Origin: Carcharhinus amblyrhynchos
Taxonomy: Eukaryota
Length of the DNA stretch: 64,000 nt
NCBI GenBank assembly: GCA_965287045.1
Contig: OZ336885.1
Coordinates: 61,814,001 to 61,878,000 of the forward strand
Direction: 5' to 3'
Part shown: positions 12,153 through 26,150 of the stretch, piece by piece
Layout: every line of letters starts with the position of its first letter
How positions within the stretch are numbered: the stretch's first letter is position 1
The notes under the pieces: generated by a model
Told to the model about the DNA's origin: nothing
Databases searched by the model: none
The model's input: only the letters and a program-made list of their open reading frames with translations
Position numbers and translations under genes: made by a program

Positions 12153-13506
12153 ATAAGAACATAAGAACATAAGAAATAGGAGCAGGAGTAGGCCATCTGG
12201 CCCATCGAGCCTGCCCCGCCATTCAATAAGATCATGGCTGATCTGTCGTGGCCCAGTTCCACATTTCCCCCCTCTCCCCATAACCCTTAATCCCCTCTCT
12301 TATCAAAAACCCATCAACCCGCGTCTTAAAAATATTTAGCGAGGTAGCCTCCACCACTTCAACGGGCAGAGAATTCCAGAGATTCACCACCCTTTGAGTG
12401 AAGAAGTTCCTCCCCAACTCCGTTCTAAACCGCACCCCCCCCCCCCCCCCCCTTTATCTTGAGGCTGTGCCCCCTAGTCCTACTATCCTTTCTGAGCGGG
12501 AAGAGCCTCTCCACCTCTATCCTATCCATCCCATTCATCATCTTATACGTCTCAATGAGATCTCCCCTCATTCTTCTAAACTCTAACGAGTACAAGCCTA
12601 GTTTATTCAGCCTCTCCTCATAGCTCAACCCCCTCAACTCCGGCATCAGCCTAGTAAACCTCCTCTGCACTCCCTCCAAGGCCAAAATACCCTTGCGTAT
12701 GTACGGTGCCCAAAACTGAACACAGTACTCCAGCTGCGGCCTCACCAATGCGCTATACAGCCGCAGCAAGACCTCCCTACTTTTATATTCAATCCCCCTC
12801 GCTATGAAGGCCAGCATCCCATCAGCCTTCCTGACCACCTGCTGCACCTGCAAGCTGGGTTTTTGCGACTCATGCACAAGGACCCCGAGGTTCCTCTGCA
12901 CCGTCGCCTGCTGCAGTTTTTCTCCACGTAAATAATAATCCTTCCTACCATTATTCCTACCGAAGTGGACCACCTCGCACTTGCCAACATTAAATTCCAT
13001 TTGCCAGTTCCTGACCCATTCGCCGAGCCTATCTTGATCCTCCTGCAGACTGTCCACACCCTCCGCACAATTTGCCGTTCCACCAATCTTGGTGTCATCA
13101 GCAAATTTCGACACCATACACTCGGTTCCCTCCTCCAGATCATCTATATAAATGGTATATAGCTGAGGCCCCAGCACCGACCCCTGAGGCACTCCACTAG
13201 TCACCAACCGCCAATCCGAATAGCACCCATTGACCCCCACTCTCTGCCTCCTATTTGACAACCAGTCCTCTATCCACGCAAATCCCTACCCCCAACTCCT
13301 TGTCCCCTGACCTTCTGCAATAACCTTGTGAGGAACATTGTCAAACGCCTTCTGAAAATCAAGAAAGACCACATCCACCGGCTCTCCTCTATCCACCGCC
13401 CTCGACACATCCTCATAGAACTCCAGTAAATTTGTCAGACACGACTTCCCCTTAACGAAACCGTGCTGCGTCTGCTCTATCAAGCAATTCCCCTCAAGAT
13501 GCCTCG
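12153..13506 (-). mobile_element. CR1 LINE (subfamily A), 5'-truncated, RT region plus 3' UTR; frameshifted
   Basis: ORFs 13286-13483 (QHGFVKGKSCLTNLLEF...VDVVFLDFQKAFD) and 12425-13261 (SGVPQGSVLGP, KFADDTK, LVRPQLEYCVQFW, RGDLIETYK); (AACATAAG)n tail. Confidence 0.97.
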
Positions 13507-13742
13507 ATGTCCAATGGTGATTCTTTACTCAGAGAGTGGTTGTGGTGTGCAATGCACTGCCTGCTGTGATAGTGGAGTCGAACACTTCAGGAACTTTCAA
13601 GCGGTTATTGGATAGGCACATTGGGCACACCAGAATAATAGGGAGTGGGGTAGCTTGATCTTGGATTCGGACATAGCTCGGCACAACATCGAGGGCCGAA
13701 GGACCTGTATTGTGCTGTACTGTTCTATGTTCAATGTTCTAT
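13506..13742 (+). mobile_element. CR1 LINE (subfamily B) 3' end
   Basis: TTCTTTACTCAGAGAGTGG...GGCACAACATCGAGGGCCGAAGG.CCTGT with a (TGTTCTA)n tail; paralogous to 34285-34530; its upstream part appears at ~12124-12152. Confidence 0.85.
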
Positions 13743-15051
13743 TTTCTACTTGCCGCAATGACGGCAAGTTCAAATCGTCCTCCAGACCAATGTTTTGTCT
13801 CAGAAGCTACTGACATTCGAATGGAACGAGGAAACGGCCAGCATTCTCCACAGTCCTCTAACATGGTGCCGATTCTGGAGATGCGGCCTGTGGGATATTC
13901 ACTTGAGAGGGGGAAAAACAGTGTCGATTGGTGGACTTTCCCGTGTAACACGATAATTCAGTTTATAATTGAGTTAATCTCTGCCAAACCCTGAATCTTG
14001 AAATAATGGTGCAATGGTCAAGTGTTATCCATTCTCCTCGCTTTAAGCATTGAAGATCTCTGCATTTATTACCTGTTCTCCTGACCATACCTGACCTTCG
14101 CATGTCTAGCTCTGTGAATAACGAGTGACCCCGGCTGCGTTAGGAAAGTAGACCGCTATTGAAACCGTATTCGAGGCAGCGGGAAGGTGCAGGTATGTAC
14201 AACACAGGTCAAAGGCGAATTGATGTCAGTTGCAGATGACATACCCACTGTAAGTACAATTTTGGGAAGCTGGATTACTTGTTCCCTCTGTTTCTGCAAA
14301 CGACCTCCCGCCCCCTCCCCCACTGCGCCCCCCCCCCCCCCCCCGCCCCCACCACCACACACACATCATCATCCTGATGACTGGAGGCTACAGTTGCTTT
14401 GAACGTTTCTGAGTATTTTAAGTACTTTGAGCCTGCCTGCTTTTTTTTTCACTTTGTTCATCTCACCCTTCTCCTCATCGTGTTAATTTTATTTCCTCTT
14501 CCCTGGAGGTCTGGTAAACAATTGAGAAAGTTATCGGCACCTGCCTTCGCACGTTTTCCAATTAAAGTGGTTAACGGATATGCAAACATTTCACCGATAT
14601 TACTTCCCCAAGCAGATGATTGTCCGCCAGCATGGAAACGATGCCGATACTTCCTTTTCTCAGCCAGCAGGACATTTCCTGCAGTCAATTGAATTTGAAC
14701 TGCAAATGGGAGATTGTGGTCTCAGCTGGAAATCAAGTTTTCGTCGGAAACCCCTTGACCTTCACAGTGTCGCAATTCCTTCCCTTAAAATGTATTCTAT
14801 TGCATTCTATATGATCACAGTGAAATTGAAAACGCACTTTACTCACCGAAACTCCCACCTTTGCATTTGCCGGATTAATTGAAACCGGCGTGGTCGTTAC
14901 CGGCACCCGCCTTTGTCAACTTTCATAGTAGTCTACACAATGCAGGATCACCCCCGATCCTTGTGCGTTTTCTTCATCCATCAAGAGTACATGGTTCGCA
15001 TCACCCTTACAACTGCTGGGTTTGTCAGACATAAAAATTAACCACACCTAT

Positions 15052-15365
15052 GGGCAGTACCGTGGCAGAGTGGCTGGGCGGCATGGTGGCACAATGGTTG
15101 GGTGGCTCCGTGGAGCATTGATTTGCATATTTTCCTTGTGCCTACGTGAGTTTCCTCCGGGTGTTCCTGTTTCGTCCCACAGTCCAAAGATGTGCGGGTT
15201 AGATTGATTGGCCATGCTAAATTGACCGTAGTATCAATTTATCTTGCTAGAGAATTAGCAATGCACGATGCGCGGGGTCCCAGGAATCGGGCCTAGGTGG
15301 GATTGTGGTCGGTGCACGCTCGGTAGATCGAATGGCCTCTTCCTGTACTGCAGCAATTCTATGAA
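15052..15365 (+). mobile_element. V-SINE/HE1-like SINE with CR1-type tail
   Basis: GGGCGGCATGGTGGCACAATGGTT head; TTTCCTCCGGGTG...CCCACAGTCCAAAGATGTGCGGGTTAG; tail GAATGGCCT...ATTCTATGA. Confidence 0.88.
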
Positions 15366-15499
15366 GTATCCTCTGAGTCTATGGCCCAAGAAGTGGGAGT
15401 ATGACAAGATTTTGAAGACACAAATTCTGGAAAATATATTGGCATCCTACCTCATTCCAGGTATACTTCCTCTTCGAATTTTGAAATGGAGGAATCTGG

Positions 15500-16650
15500 A
15501 TTTATAGAATGCATTTGACAAGTACCGCGCAAGAACTGCTGCAATAGATAAATGGTCACGACGCTACGGGCAATGTGTTACGATGGATAGAGGATTAGTT
15601 AATTCAGAGAAAGCAATGAGTTGGGTAAATTATTTATTTCAGTGGTTTTCAGTTAGCAACTTGTCGTGCGCCTCGATGAACCGTGATCGAGTAACAATTG
15701 CTTGCAATTTGCAATAGATAATTCAGAATTGGCAACCGAGTTTTATTTGTTGAAGTTCGCAGAAAACATTAAGAATAGTTGCAGAACAAAGATTACATAG
15801 AATATTGGCATTATGCAAAGGAATGTCGATAGTTTAAGTGAGTGGCCATGAATTCGTTGAATGGAGTACAATGCTGGTAAACATTATTCCACATATTTTG
15901 ATAGGGATAACAGCAAAATGGGCACTGTAGAAATGGGAAAAAATATTGCAACTTGCTTTGCAAAGGCACCTGGGTTTATTCGTGCATGAATCACGAAAAT
16001 TTGATTTGCAGATACAGCAGGCAATGAAGAAGACAAATGAAATGTTGTCCTTTATCGTTCCAGGAATGTAGTTAGAAACCGCGAGGATATCTTGCAGCTT
16101 TATAAGATGATTGTGAGATTCAACTGGATTAATGTATACCGTCTTGGTCTCCTTACTTGAGAAAGAAGATACTGGCAGTAGAAAGGTTGAAGACCAGATG
16201 ACCAAGTTGATCACAAAGCTGAGAAAGTTGGCTTTTGAGGAGGTACTGAGATGGCTGGCACCAGAGTCAGCGAAATTTGGAAGAAAACATATGGATATAT
16301 AGAAACATATGAATTATGAAGGGAATTGTTAAGGTAGATGCAGGGAGGTCCTTTCAACTCAAGGGTAAGATTAGAACTAAGGGACATGAACTAAAAAGAG
16401 GGGCAACAGATTAAGGACTGTGCTGAAAAGGAGATTCTTCACCCGAAGTGTTGTGAATCTGTTGAATTCCCTGACAGGTGATGCAGTTGAGGCTACCTCT
16501 TTCAATGTTTTTGAAAAATAAAGAATTAAGGGATTTGGTGAGCGAGAGGATAATTCCAGCTGAGTCCATGATCAGATCAGCCATTATTTTGTGAGCAGAC
16601 GTCGAGGGACCAAATGGTTGGCTTCCCCTCTTCTTTTGTATGTTCTTTGA
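15500..16650 (+). mobile_element. Old, heavily decayed CR1 LINE (RT to 3' end)
   Basis: Remnants GCATTTGACAAG, AAGTTCGCAGA, GGTCTCCTTACTTGAGAAAGA, GTTGTGAATCTGTTGAATTC and AGATCAGCCAT occur in CR1 order. Confidence 0.75.
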
Positions 16651-18595
16651 TGTTCGCCTTGCTTTGATAATAAACAACCAATAACGTTCTTTTCTGAAAC
16701 TCCTGGAATCGCCGAATTCGCAGTTGACGTTTCAGCATCGAAATGCAGGGAGCTATGTAAATTAACTGAAATCCATAACGTCGTTTGAACGATCTTCATC
16801 ATAAAATAAAACAGAATTACTATTGGAGGTATAGAAGTGATCACAATGGAGTAATTATTCAAGCTGTGCTTAAAATTGGAAAGACGTTACTTACAGCGCA
16901 ATGCACGTTTCACACCAGTATCCAAATAAGATCATGATATAAAGGGATAAATATGATCTAATAATTGTAGGAATACGAGAATATTGCGGATGCCATAAAT
17001 GAAATGTTGCAACTGCTGTAAAACGCCAGACCAAGTAGCATGTTCGGTAAATAAGGGACTTGCAATAGTCGAATCAATTAATTTGTCTTTTCATTTTTTG
17101 ATTTCCTATGAGTGCTGTGTTACAAGAGAACCAGCAATTACGCTGCGCAAGCAAAGGAAAGGAGTGCCAGACATTGCACTGATTCGTTGTGACGTGGCTA
17201 TTGCATCGAGGAACTGCCATCTCCCTCTCTAGTTCAATTGAATAATGCTTGTGTAAATGGTGTTCTTTTAAACGCCCAGAATTTTTTATTTGACATGGTC
17301 AGTAAAACATGTAACTTTCTCACAAATGTTACTGTAAAAAATCGCGTACGCGACTGTAATTTGGTATAATTCTGAGCCACCCTCCACCACCCCCCCCACC
17401 CCGCGTTATTGCTTCATGTTGTTCAATTCTTTCACGTTATCGCTTAGCTGACTGTAATGAACATTGTTTCTGCATTTCCGCACGCAACTAGCCTTGCGTT
17501 ATTTGATCTGTTACCGTGAATCAGCATAGTTTAGTGAGTTAACAAGTTTCCCAGGACATATTCCTGCATAACCCACATAACAAAGCCGCCACGATGGTTT
17601 TGGCTGCCCTGCAGATGGTAAGTGGCATTACCCGCTCATGTGCTCGTCATACTTGGCGCCTATCTGGTGGTTATGATTCAGTGATTTGAACTTGCCAGGC
17701 TGTTAATTGACTCGTCTGTGCAGCAGGTCATCTACTTGGAAACAAGCCATCACATGCATTTATAATACAGAACTCGCCGGGCCAAGGACAACAAGTTTGT
17801 TGAGGTCCTTCCCAAATCGGGGGGAGGTGGGAGGGGAGGGGGTGGGGGTTGATGTGGGGGGGGGGGTGTGTGGTGCGGGGGCGGTGGTGGTGGGGGGAAG
17901 GATTCTGGTGTTTCTTTTTCAATATGTTTTATCTCAGATACAACGGAACAGCACTGACGCTTCTTGCTGCGCCCAGTCAATCATGAACCGTGTTTCTGAC
18001 GACTGACAGACATGTGCGCGTGAGCAATCAAAACGAAAACAGCTTTCAACACTCTTAGGCGATGAATACGCTAAATTACATGTTTTAGTCATCGATTTTG
18101 ACGTCTCCATTTTTTTGAAGCCTAGTATCGACATCCTGCATACGTTATGCGTTGTAAAGTTCCCCAGCGTCTCAGGTGTGATGTAAATGCCTGCCCGCAG
18201 AATATGAGAGTAACTCAACGTGCATAATTCTCTGACATGAGGATTAAGCCATGATATTGACCGATTGTTTAAAACAATCACTGAACTTTACCTCTGTTGA
18301 CAGAAAAAAGATAACAGATTTGCTGTGAAAGGTGAAGGTGGTAATGAAAAAAAAAACAGGGATGGCAATAGCATAAAAAAAGGTGGAGGCGTCAGAAATG
18401 TATTTATGTTCAATTTTCTGAAGGTACGAGTTAAGAACTTGCCTGGAGAGTTGCGAATAATTATGTCTCATGTCTCTGACTTTTTTTTATATCGGGCATA
18501 CGTTGTCCTTGCGGTATTATCACGAGCCTATTAATCCAGAAACTAAAGTTTTCATGTTTACTTGTTAGTCGCATGTAGGGTAACGAAAACACTGC

Positions 18596-18842
18596 AATCA
18601 AGTCACTGTGAAAATCTCCTAGTCGCCACACTCCGGTGATTGTTCGGGCAAATTGAGGGCGAATTTAGCAATACCAATCCACCTAACCAGCATGTCTTTC
18701 GGACTGTCCGTTGGAACAGGAACACTCGGAGGAAAGCAACACAGGCACTGGAAGGACGTTTAGACTCCGCACAGGAAATGACCCAAAACGAACCCAGGTC
18801 TCTTGCGTTGTAAGGCAGCAGTGCAAACCACTGTGCCGCCCC
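18596..18842 (-). mobile_element. V-SINE/HE1-like SINE
   Basis: GTGAAAATCTCCTAGTCGCCACACTCCGG...CCAATCCACCTAACCAGCATGTCTTTCGGACTGT...AACCACTGTGCCGCCC (reverse complement of head and V-domain). Confidence 0.85.
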
Positions 18843-19019
18843 GTTAATGCTCTGGGGATCCGTGTCCGAGTGCCGCCACGCCAAATGATGGTATTTGAAT
18901 CTGATTGAAAAAAAATCATAATGACAATATTACACGTTACAGTGAAACTTTTGTCGATTGTCGAAAAAAAACTCACTTGGTTCGCCAATGTTCTTTAGGG
19001 AACTATGTCTGCCACCCTT

Positions 19020-19178
19020 ATGTTGTCCGGCCTCTCTGTGACTCCAAAGACACAGCAATGCCTTGGAATCTCAACTGCCCTCTGAAATCGTTTAAGAAGT
19101 CACCCAATTTCAAGGCAACTAGAGACGAGCAAAAAATACTGGCAGCCGCTTACCATGACCCACAAATGAAGAAAAAAT
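19020..19178 (+). mobile_element. SINE/LINE 3' tail remnant
   Basis: CTCAACTGCCCTCTGAAAT...TTCAAGGCAACTAGAGA...ACCCACAAATGAAGAAAAAA resembles a common shark retroposon tail. Confidence 0.55.
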
Positions 19179-19187
19179 GCGTTAGGC

Positions 19188-19272
19188 AGATCGAAACAAG
19201 AATCCCAGGCCGGGGATCGAATATGGGCCCCTGGCACAGTGAAGCAAAAGTAATGTGTCACCATGCCACCCA
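19188..19272 (-). mobile_element. tRNA-derived SINE head fragment
   Basis: GGCCGGGGATCGAA...GGGCCCCTGGCACAGTGAAGCA...CACCATGCCACC. Confidence 0.6.
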
Positions 19273-22200
19273 ATGTACTACGCAGCGTGCCATATTTCAA
19301 CATGGCAACATTTCCATAGTGATTTGCCTGCAGTGCTGGACACCAACAAATCGGCAATATCCACTTTGAGAATTGAAAGGGGTAGGGCGGGGGTGGGGGG
19401 GGGGCGGAGGAGAGGCCTCAGCACACTTCTAAATAAGCGACAACGACGTTAATCGTGCGCTAAAAAGTCACAACATAGCCAGTAGCAAGCAAATTCATTT
19501 GACACACACGCATCCTTCTCATGTCTGATTCTGCAGCTGACGGCAATATCGAGATTTTCAGCACAATTTGGACATTTTGGCATCGGGTAAACATTGGTAA
19601 TTATGAATTCAACATCCTCCACTCGAATGGCATGTGAGAGATTCATGAAAAAAAATGAGAGGAAACATCTATTATCATGAAATAATATGTTAACATCTGG
19701 GACACGTTTTGGAGGAATGCACTTGTATTTCTCTTTTGAATCAACTGTGCAATTATTCGCAGAAGCAAACTACTTGCTTTGTCATATGTGGCGTGGTAAT
19801 TAAACATAGCTATTCGAATATTCGAGACGACCTCTAAAGTATACCATGTATTCCTGAGGATGTTAGCATGTTTAGTAAGATTTCTTACTTGCAGTTTTCA
19901 GTTGTATCTTCACGCTTTCGATTTCTGTAAAAAAGGATGTTTCAAACCTCAAGATAATAAGGTACAAAACAAAATTTCAATATGTTACGAATCTACATTT
20001 TGCTGAAGTCGTAAAGGAAATCAGTGTTGAGATATCTTACAGTTCATCGTGAATAAAAAAAAGTCATATCCATAACATTTTTTTTTAATTAGTGTAGCCA
20101 ATACACAATGACAACTTACTATTCATGGCATCATGCTAGTTTAAGTATTGTTGCAACCGTGTATTTGTGAACCATGTTCTCGCGCGATTTCCTAAAGAGT
20201 TGCATCAGGGATCACCATGTGCATACACTGCCAACCGGACGAGTGTGGTAATGGTCTGATGCGTGCATTTTTTTGGTACCAAGCCTGATCATTTGACTGA
20301 ACCACCTGTCTACGGCATTGCATTTTTCACAGTTTTAAATAATGCATTCTGAATAATATCAATGAATTATGCAACGAGACTCAGTATTAAACGCTGAGAC
20401 AAAAAATACTAAAAGCAGGGCAACATTTTCTTCCTCTAACATATCGCATCTAATTTGTTGTCCCATCCTCAAGTTACCACATCTGAATAATAAAGTTTCA
20501 CATATTTTTGTTTTAATTTCGTTGCTTCCATAATGCCACTTTTCATGCTTTATTCGGCCACTGATGCATGGTGAAGCACGAATTTGCTGACAACATTAGA
20601 CCAAAAATGGGAATACAGGAGACAAACACGATTTGTTCTTTGACTGCTGTTTTACCACCTTTCCAAGTGCGCACTTTCAAAAGAAGCATTATTAAATTGC
20701 ATTCAATCGGATGGAGAGTGGTAACTCTTTACAACAAAGTTACTTTTTGATAGCATCCTCTCCAAGTTATACGCATTTAAATGGACTACATAGCTCGAAT
20801 GCCAGACTGATTGATGACCACGATCTTTACTGCACTATGAACAGAAGAGAAAAATGACAGAGCATCCGGTAGGCACCCATGACGTGGAAAAGGAACATAA
20901 AGTTCAAAAAATCGAACCCTCTCTTCATTAAATTAGGAGATTAGTGCACAAATTGCTAAATGCTCCCACATCTTATTCAATCTAAGTGTTCTATCTGGTA
21001 TTTTTTATTCAATCAAACCTGAAGCACAATCTCACACCCTGGACTTCACACTGAGGATACAGCATTTCGCTTTGTGTGACAATGCCACTGAGCTATGGTC
21101 GCTAGATCTAGGCTAGCTCTTCAAATGCAATCCGTAGTTTCAATACCATGTCTGTTTCGTTTTCATTATTTTTATTTTTGCTGTCCTCTGTCGCTTAAGC
21201 TGAACACATTTGTCAATATCTGGCACAGTGACTTCTCAATGTGGAATCAGTTTCCTACGATTTCTGATAATACCCAGTTAAAAATAAAAACGGCATTTTT
21301 CATTGAGGCTTTCATCCTCATCCAGCTGGCGAATCAACATCTCCAAATGCCTTGCTAGACAGAATATTTGAAGAGGGTAAATATGATATACCGAGCTTTG
21401 TATTATCTGTTCGATGGAATTTACCAGCTTAGTTTAAACAACATGATGGCTGTAGAATAGGTGCGAAGCACTGCGACACTACATAGTTTTATTGGTCATT
21501 CTTCAGCTGGTAAGAATCCAATTGAAGCAGAAATCCAACTGGAGGTCGTCTTCAGCAACAATGATAGAAAATACATCAATACATTAAAAATACATTTCTG
21601 GAACGGACAAATGAACATGGCGATAAAAATAAATTCCCGAGTTCAAACTGAAGGTTTCCTGCTTCTTGTTAGAGGAGAGTACAACATGATGCGTCACCAC
21701 CAACTGCGATGTCCGCTCACCCGTGCAAAATTAAAGTCTGAAAAATGTCCATCCAGCTTCAGCGAAATGTCCGGATCGACTGGTATGTTTAGTACCATTT
21801 CTAGAGACTGCAACATTAAAACATTTTCTTGCAGCGTATAATAGTCCAACGTGAAGTACAGAATGTCGCCATTCAGTAATACAAAGGCTTCCTGGTACGA
21901 AATCTTTCATTGTCAAAAACTTCATGTATGTGACAATGCTTATATTAAGAACATAAATAGCACACATGTGGTTTGATGAACGTTGCAGTTATGTTCCAAA
22001 AACCTGGTCTTTGATCAGGCTACGTGCATCGCAATCAAGGGGTGTGTGCATTTTATCACAATCTCTAACAATATGACTCAAAACGCCCATTGAAATTAGT
22101 TTGCTATCAAGCAAAGGTGCAACGCCTTTGATCAATGGGAGACCCGTGCAGAGTTTCTATGGAACACTGGACAAATTTCAGAAGAAAAAATAAATAAATT

Positions 22201-23755
22201 TGGCGCATCCGTCCACAGTAACAAGGGCGGCCTCAGTGGTCAGGAGATGATGAAGAGCGTGATAGATACAACAAAGTACTGCACAATGAAAGAGTGGTGG
22301 AATAAATGCTGCCACTAAACGGTTGGTTTGAAAGAGCACATGCACAGCATAAAGAATAAAACCGAAGCAACAAAATCTCCTTGAAGAGGAGTCTGTCCCA
22401 CCGGGATCCGAACACATATGGCAATCAAGACTTAATAAGATAGTCATGGCGTTTATGGTTTCAACATGACCTGGACCAACATAGTGATATCAGAAAAGTG
22501 AACTGTTTTGTCAATTCGATATCTAATTCTGGAAGAACAAGTAAAATCCGAACTCCAGATGTACATCTCCACCTTGGATCCATGGGCATATGCATTATTT
22601 GTCCATAATATCGAGAAGACAAATATTTCAAATGACTTCCAGCGCTCTTTTTTGCGTACACTACATTTTCAGCAAAAATACAAGCCTTTTGACCAGTCGT
22701 ATCTTTGTAATTGCAATAATGAATGATAACTCAATACCGATATTATCACAATAATAGAATGCCATGAAATGTAATGTGATAAGGAAAGCATACCAGACTG
22801 GCATTTTTTCAGTACGTTTTCTAGACATAAACATGTAATGGCAAATAGTTAATGCTGTGTAATAGAAAACAAATCATTCTTAAATTCTGATGGGAATATG
22901 AAGGTATGAGACAGTTGGGCCGATTTCCCTCATCCCCCCCCCCCAAAAAAAAAATCATATTGCTGAATTGGCGAAAAAGTAGTGTAATTAGTGATTGTTT
23001 ATCTTCACCCACGAATCTCCCACATTCTGTTCAATGCAAAGGTCACGTTCGGGAACATCACTAAAAATGCGTAATAAAATATTAACATCAACGAGATTGA
23101 AATTGGTGGGAGGAGCAGGAACGAACACATGCGCAAAGCCCTGGCCGATCAAATAAATCCTGAGCATCGCAAATACTGCCGTTCAAACCACATAGATATC
23201 CCTGGCCTCATCGCTGCCCCACCATCCGCCCCACGGCCAGCGCCCCCCCCCCCCAACCCCGCCCCCCCCCACCCCCACCCCGCCCCCTCCCCCCCCACCC
23301 CCCGCCCCCCGCCCCCTCCACAAGTCCCGATACATTAATTGTTGGCCTTATCGCTGCCATGGCTTCCCTGAATGTTGCGCCCGCGACATACACATATCGC
23401 TGGCGTCATCGCTGGAACCACCTTACTGCCCAGACAGACATAAATACATCACTGGCTGAATCTTGCATAACAACATCGCTGGTCTCGTGATTTGACCCCT
23501 ACACTACATCGACATGGCTGAGCGCTCATCCTATTCCACCCCCGTCCTAACGAAGGGACATGGCGCCTGCACACCCCACGGCTAAACTGATCTGAATAAC
23601 GCGGGTACCCATTCCCTCCATCCGTTGAACTTCACTGCTGCTCTGCAGAGAACCCGCTCTGTGTTGCCATGCACACTCTCATCTTGCCAGCATTCCCCCT
23701 GAGTATTGCTCCACTTACGTCCTGCCCCCTCCTCTGCCTCCCCCCACTACCCACC

Positions 23756-23782
23756 GCACACACACACACACACACACACACA
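23756..23782 (+). repeat. (CA)n microsatellite
   Basis: Seen directly in the sequence. Confidence 0.95.
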
Positions 23783-24129
23783 TCAGTTTACTTATTGTGA
23801 ATCCTGAGTATTGCAACCCCTGGACAGTTTATTGAAATGGAGCCCTGAGTATTGCATTCCTACGGATACAAGAGCTTATTGATCGGGAGCTTTCTATATT
23901 ACACCCCACCCCCATCACCACCACCTCCTCCACCCCTACTACCGACACAGCAGCTTACTGACTGATAGCCAGTCAGAACCCTGATGGATGCTTGACAATG
24001 AATTGAAACTAAAAAGGAACTGTTCCTATCCAGCCCATGGCTAACTAAAGTCATCACACCTGTAGGCCCTAAATAAGTCCGGCCTGTACGCAAGCCGTAA
24101 CAATTGATACACATAGTCACGTCAGGAAG

Positions 24130-26150
24130 ATGTCTTCAAAGAGCACACCCTAAATTTCACCGACAATGACCAGCCCTGCCTGTTTTATGTTGTGGTGGAG
24201 AGGCGCCTGCAAATGTTCCTCATTCAGTGCCCTCGCGCAAGAAGTGCCGCCGCCATGGAATTGTGGGAGTATGCGGCGCATGCGATGAAATCCAGGATCA
24301 TGGTTCTTCGGTCTGGACGGCAGTGCAAGAAGACACTGTAAAATCTTCTTTGTGCAGCAAAGGTGATTGGGCACCACATTGGAAACACGCATGTGGTTGG
24401 TACGTTTCATAAACCATACTTGGACATTTGAAGGACATGTCACAAGGCCGCCTTTACCCAGGAACTGCATCTAACGCCTTCCTCTCAATGAACATCTCTC
24501 AGTAATCAGCCTGTTGCCTGAAACTGCCAACACAACTTCTGAGACACGAGCACACATTGCACGACATGCACTTTCAAAATATTAATTATTGCTGTCCATC
24601 TTGACTTCCCTCAGGAGAAAGGCATGCACAACGACGGCGAAAGGGCAGAGACTGGCAGTGGCGTGACTGACCTGCGGCAACTGATCGGTTTTGGACAACA
24701 TGTCAAAGGAATTGAAGTATGTGATGGAGCATAAAACATGATGGCAAACAGCCAAGTCAGCGTCCAGCATGCAAGTGAGCATAGCCCTTAAACCAGCTCT
24801 TCTTGAAGAAAATGCGATGCTGCGGTGAATGAATTATCTCGCTTCCCCTAATGTGTTTTCCCTATTACAGCCCTGGAAACAGGGAGAAAAAAAAAACGGG
24901 GCCATTTGGGTGTTGGTACTTCTCCTGATGTCATTCGTCACACTCCTCATGACCTCGTGGGCGGTTAATCGGAGGGAGGCTCTGAAGGATCAACTGAGGA
25001 CAGCACAGGGGAGCAGCACAGACGTCTACCATACATCCCACCAACACAGAGACTATCACCACAAACTGACATTGTAGTGTTCAGTCTCCTGGGTGAAATG
25101 CTGGTTATCAAATCTCACACACACTGATGCACATCGGAGAAGGTGTACATCGTGGGTTCTGAATAGTGGCTCGGACTTGGAGGTCTGCCAGAGGCGAGAA
25201 CTAAACTGTGCCCAAGCCAGATGCCAGGCCTCGTTCACCCCAAGGCTGCTGGAGATGCATCAGCAAACCACGGGAGTTCTGGGTGAGCCATCAGAAACAA
25301 TGTTCAGACTGCAAGGATATTTAGGGGAGTGAAACCGAGTGCTGTTTGCAAGAGGTGGTACAACACAGCGTGCAAACCAGGCCAGCATTTCACGGTTGGC
25401 AATGACAGCAGAATGTCTTTCTCAGGGATGGGTGACAGCCTTCAGGCCATCCTAGAGACAGATCGTTCCACGGGCGAAGGTGTTGCTAGCATGCAGGAGG
25501 CACATCGTTCATGCCAATTGCGTCAGGGGATGTGCGAGATACTGATGACCTTAGCTGGGACTCTCCCTGCCATTCTGAATGCACAGCTCGCCTTGGTTGC
25601 GGGCATCGACGACTTAGTCCAGTCTGAGAGGACTAACGCTGAGGGGATCCAGAGTCTGGCTCGCTCGCAGCATGCTGAAGCAGATGGGTACCAGAACTTG
25701 ACACTTTCTCAGAGGAGCAGTGCTCAACGATCACAGACCATGAGGTAGATGCATCTGGGGTTCTGGGTCAGGCTGAGGCAGGCCAAGCCGGAGATTCTGG
25801 AGCACAGTCCTTGGCGTATCCCTAACGCCTCTAAAAACCCCAAAAAGTTGGAAGGGCTCGAGCCCATGCCAGGGCCTCCAGCCAAGAGATCCCAAATGCC
25901 TCAAAACTATCCAATTCCCCTCTTCCCCACACTGGGAAATCTCTGGGCCAGCTAGGAATACAAAGTGGCACAGAAGCAGTGTAATCTGCAAGCCAGCCGG
26001 CATCCACCATGTCCTGCCCACTCAGGAGACGACGCCTAATTTCATCACAGTCCACGGGGTTTGCACCATAGCTGGACATCTCCGCTTCCGATGTGCATCC
26101 TTCTGTAAAACCCAGAAAATATAGGATGCCACATGAAGTAAAACAGCTGT
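24130..26150 (+). pseudogene. Harbinger Myb/SANT-like DNA-binding protein gene remnant (exons ~24130-24362, 24615-24774, 24871-~26150)
   Basis: Exon 1 translates FTDNDQPCLFYVVVERRLQMF...ELWEYAAHAM...RSGRQCKKTL*NLLCAAK|gtga; exon 2 (cctcag|) EKGMHNDGERAETGSG.TDLRQL matches the EK.AHN.RER..TGGG pattern; GT/AG sites retained; stops and frameshifts present. Confidence 0.7.

Noticed and set aside
11930-16945. Three short minus-strand ATG-to-donor segments, all phase 2 (MGQRRYIY, MQRWEF, MILFGYWCETCIA), suggesting an array of alternative first exons
   Set aside because: GTRAGT donors with a nearby ATG are expected many times by chance in 64 kb; no shared promoter motif or common downstream exon was found
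14156-23393. Poly-Pro/poly-Gly ORFs (14187, 17750, 23129 and others)
   Set aside because: Translation artefacts of G/C homopolymer tracts
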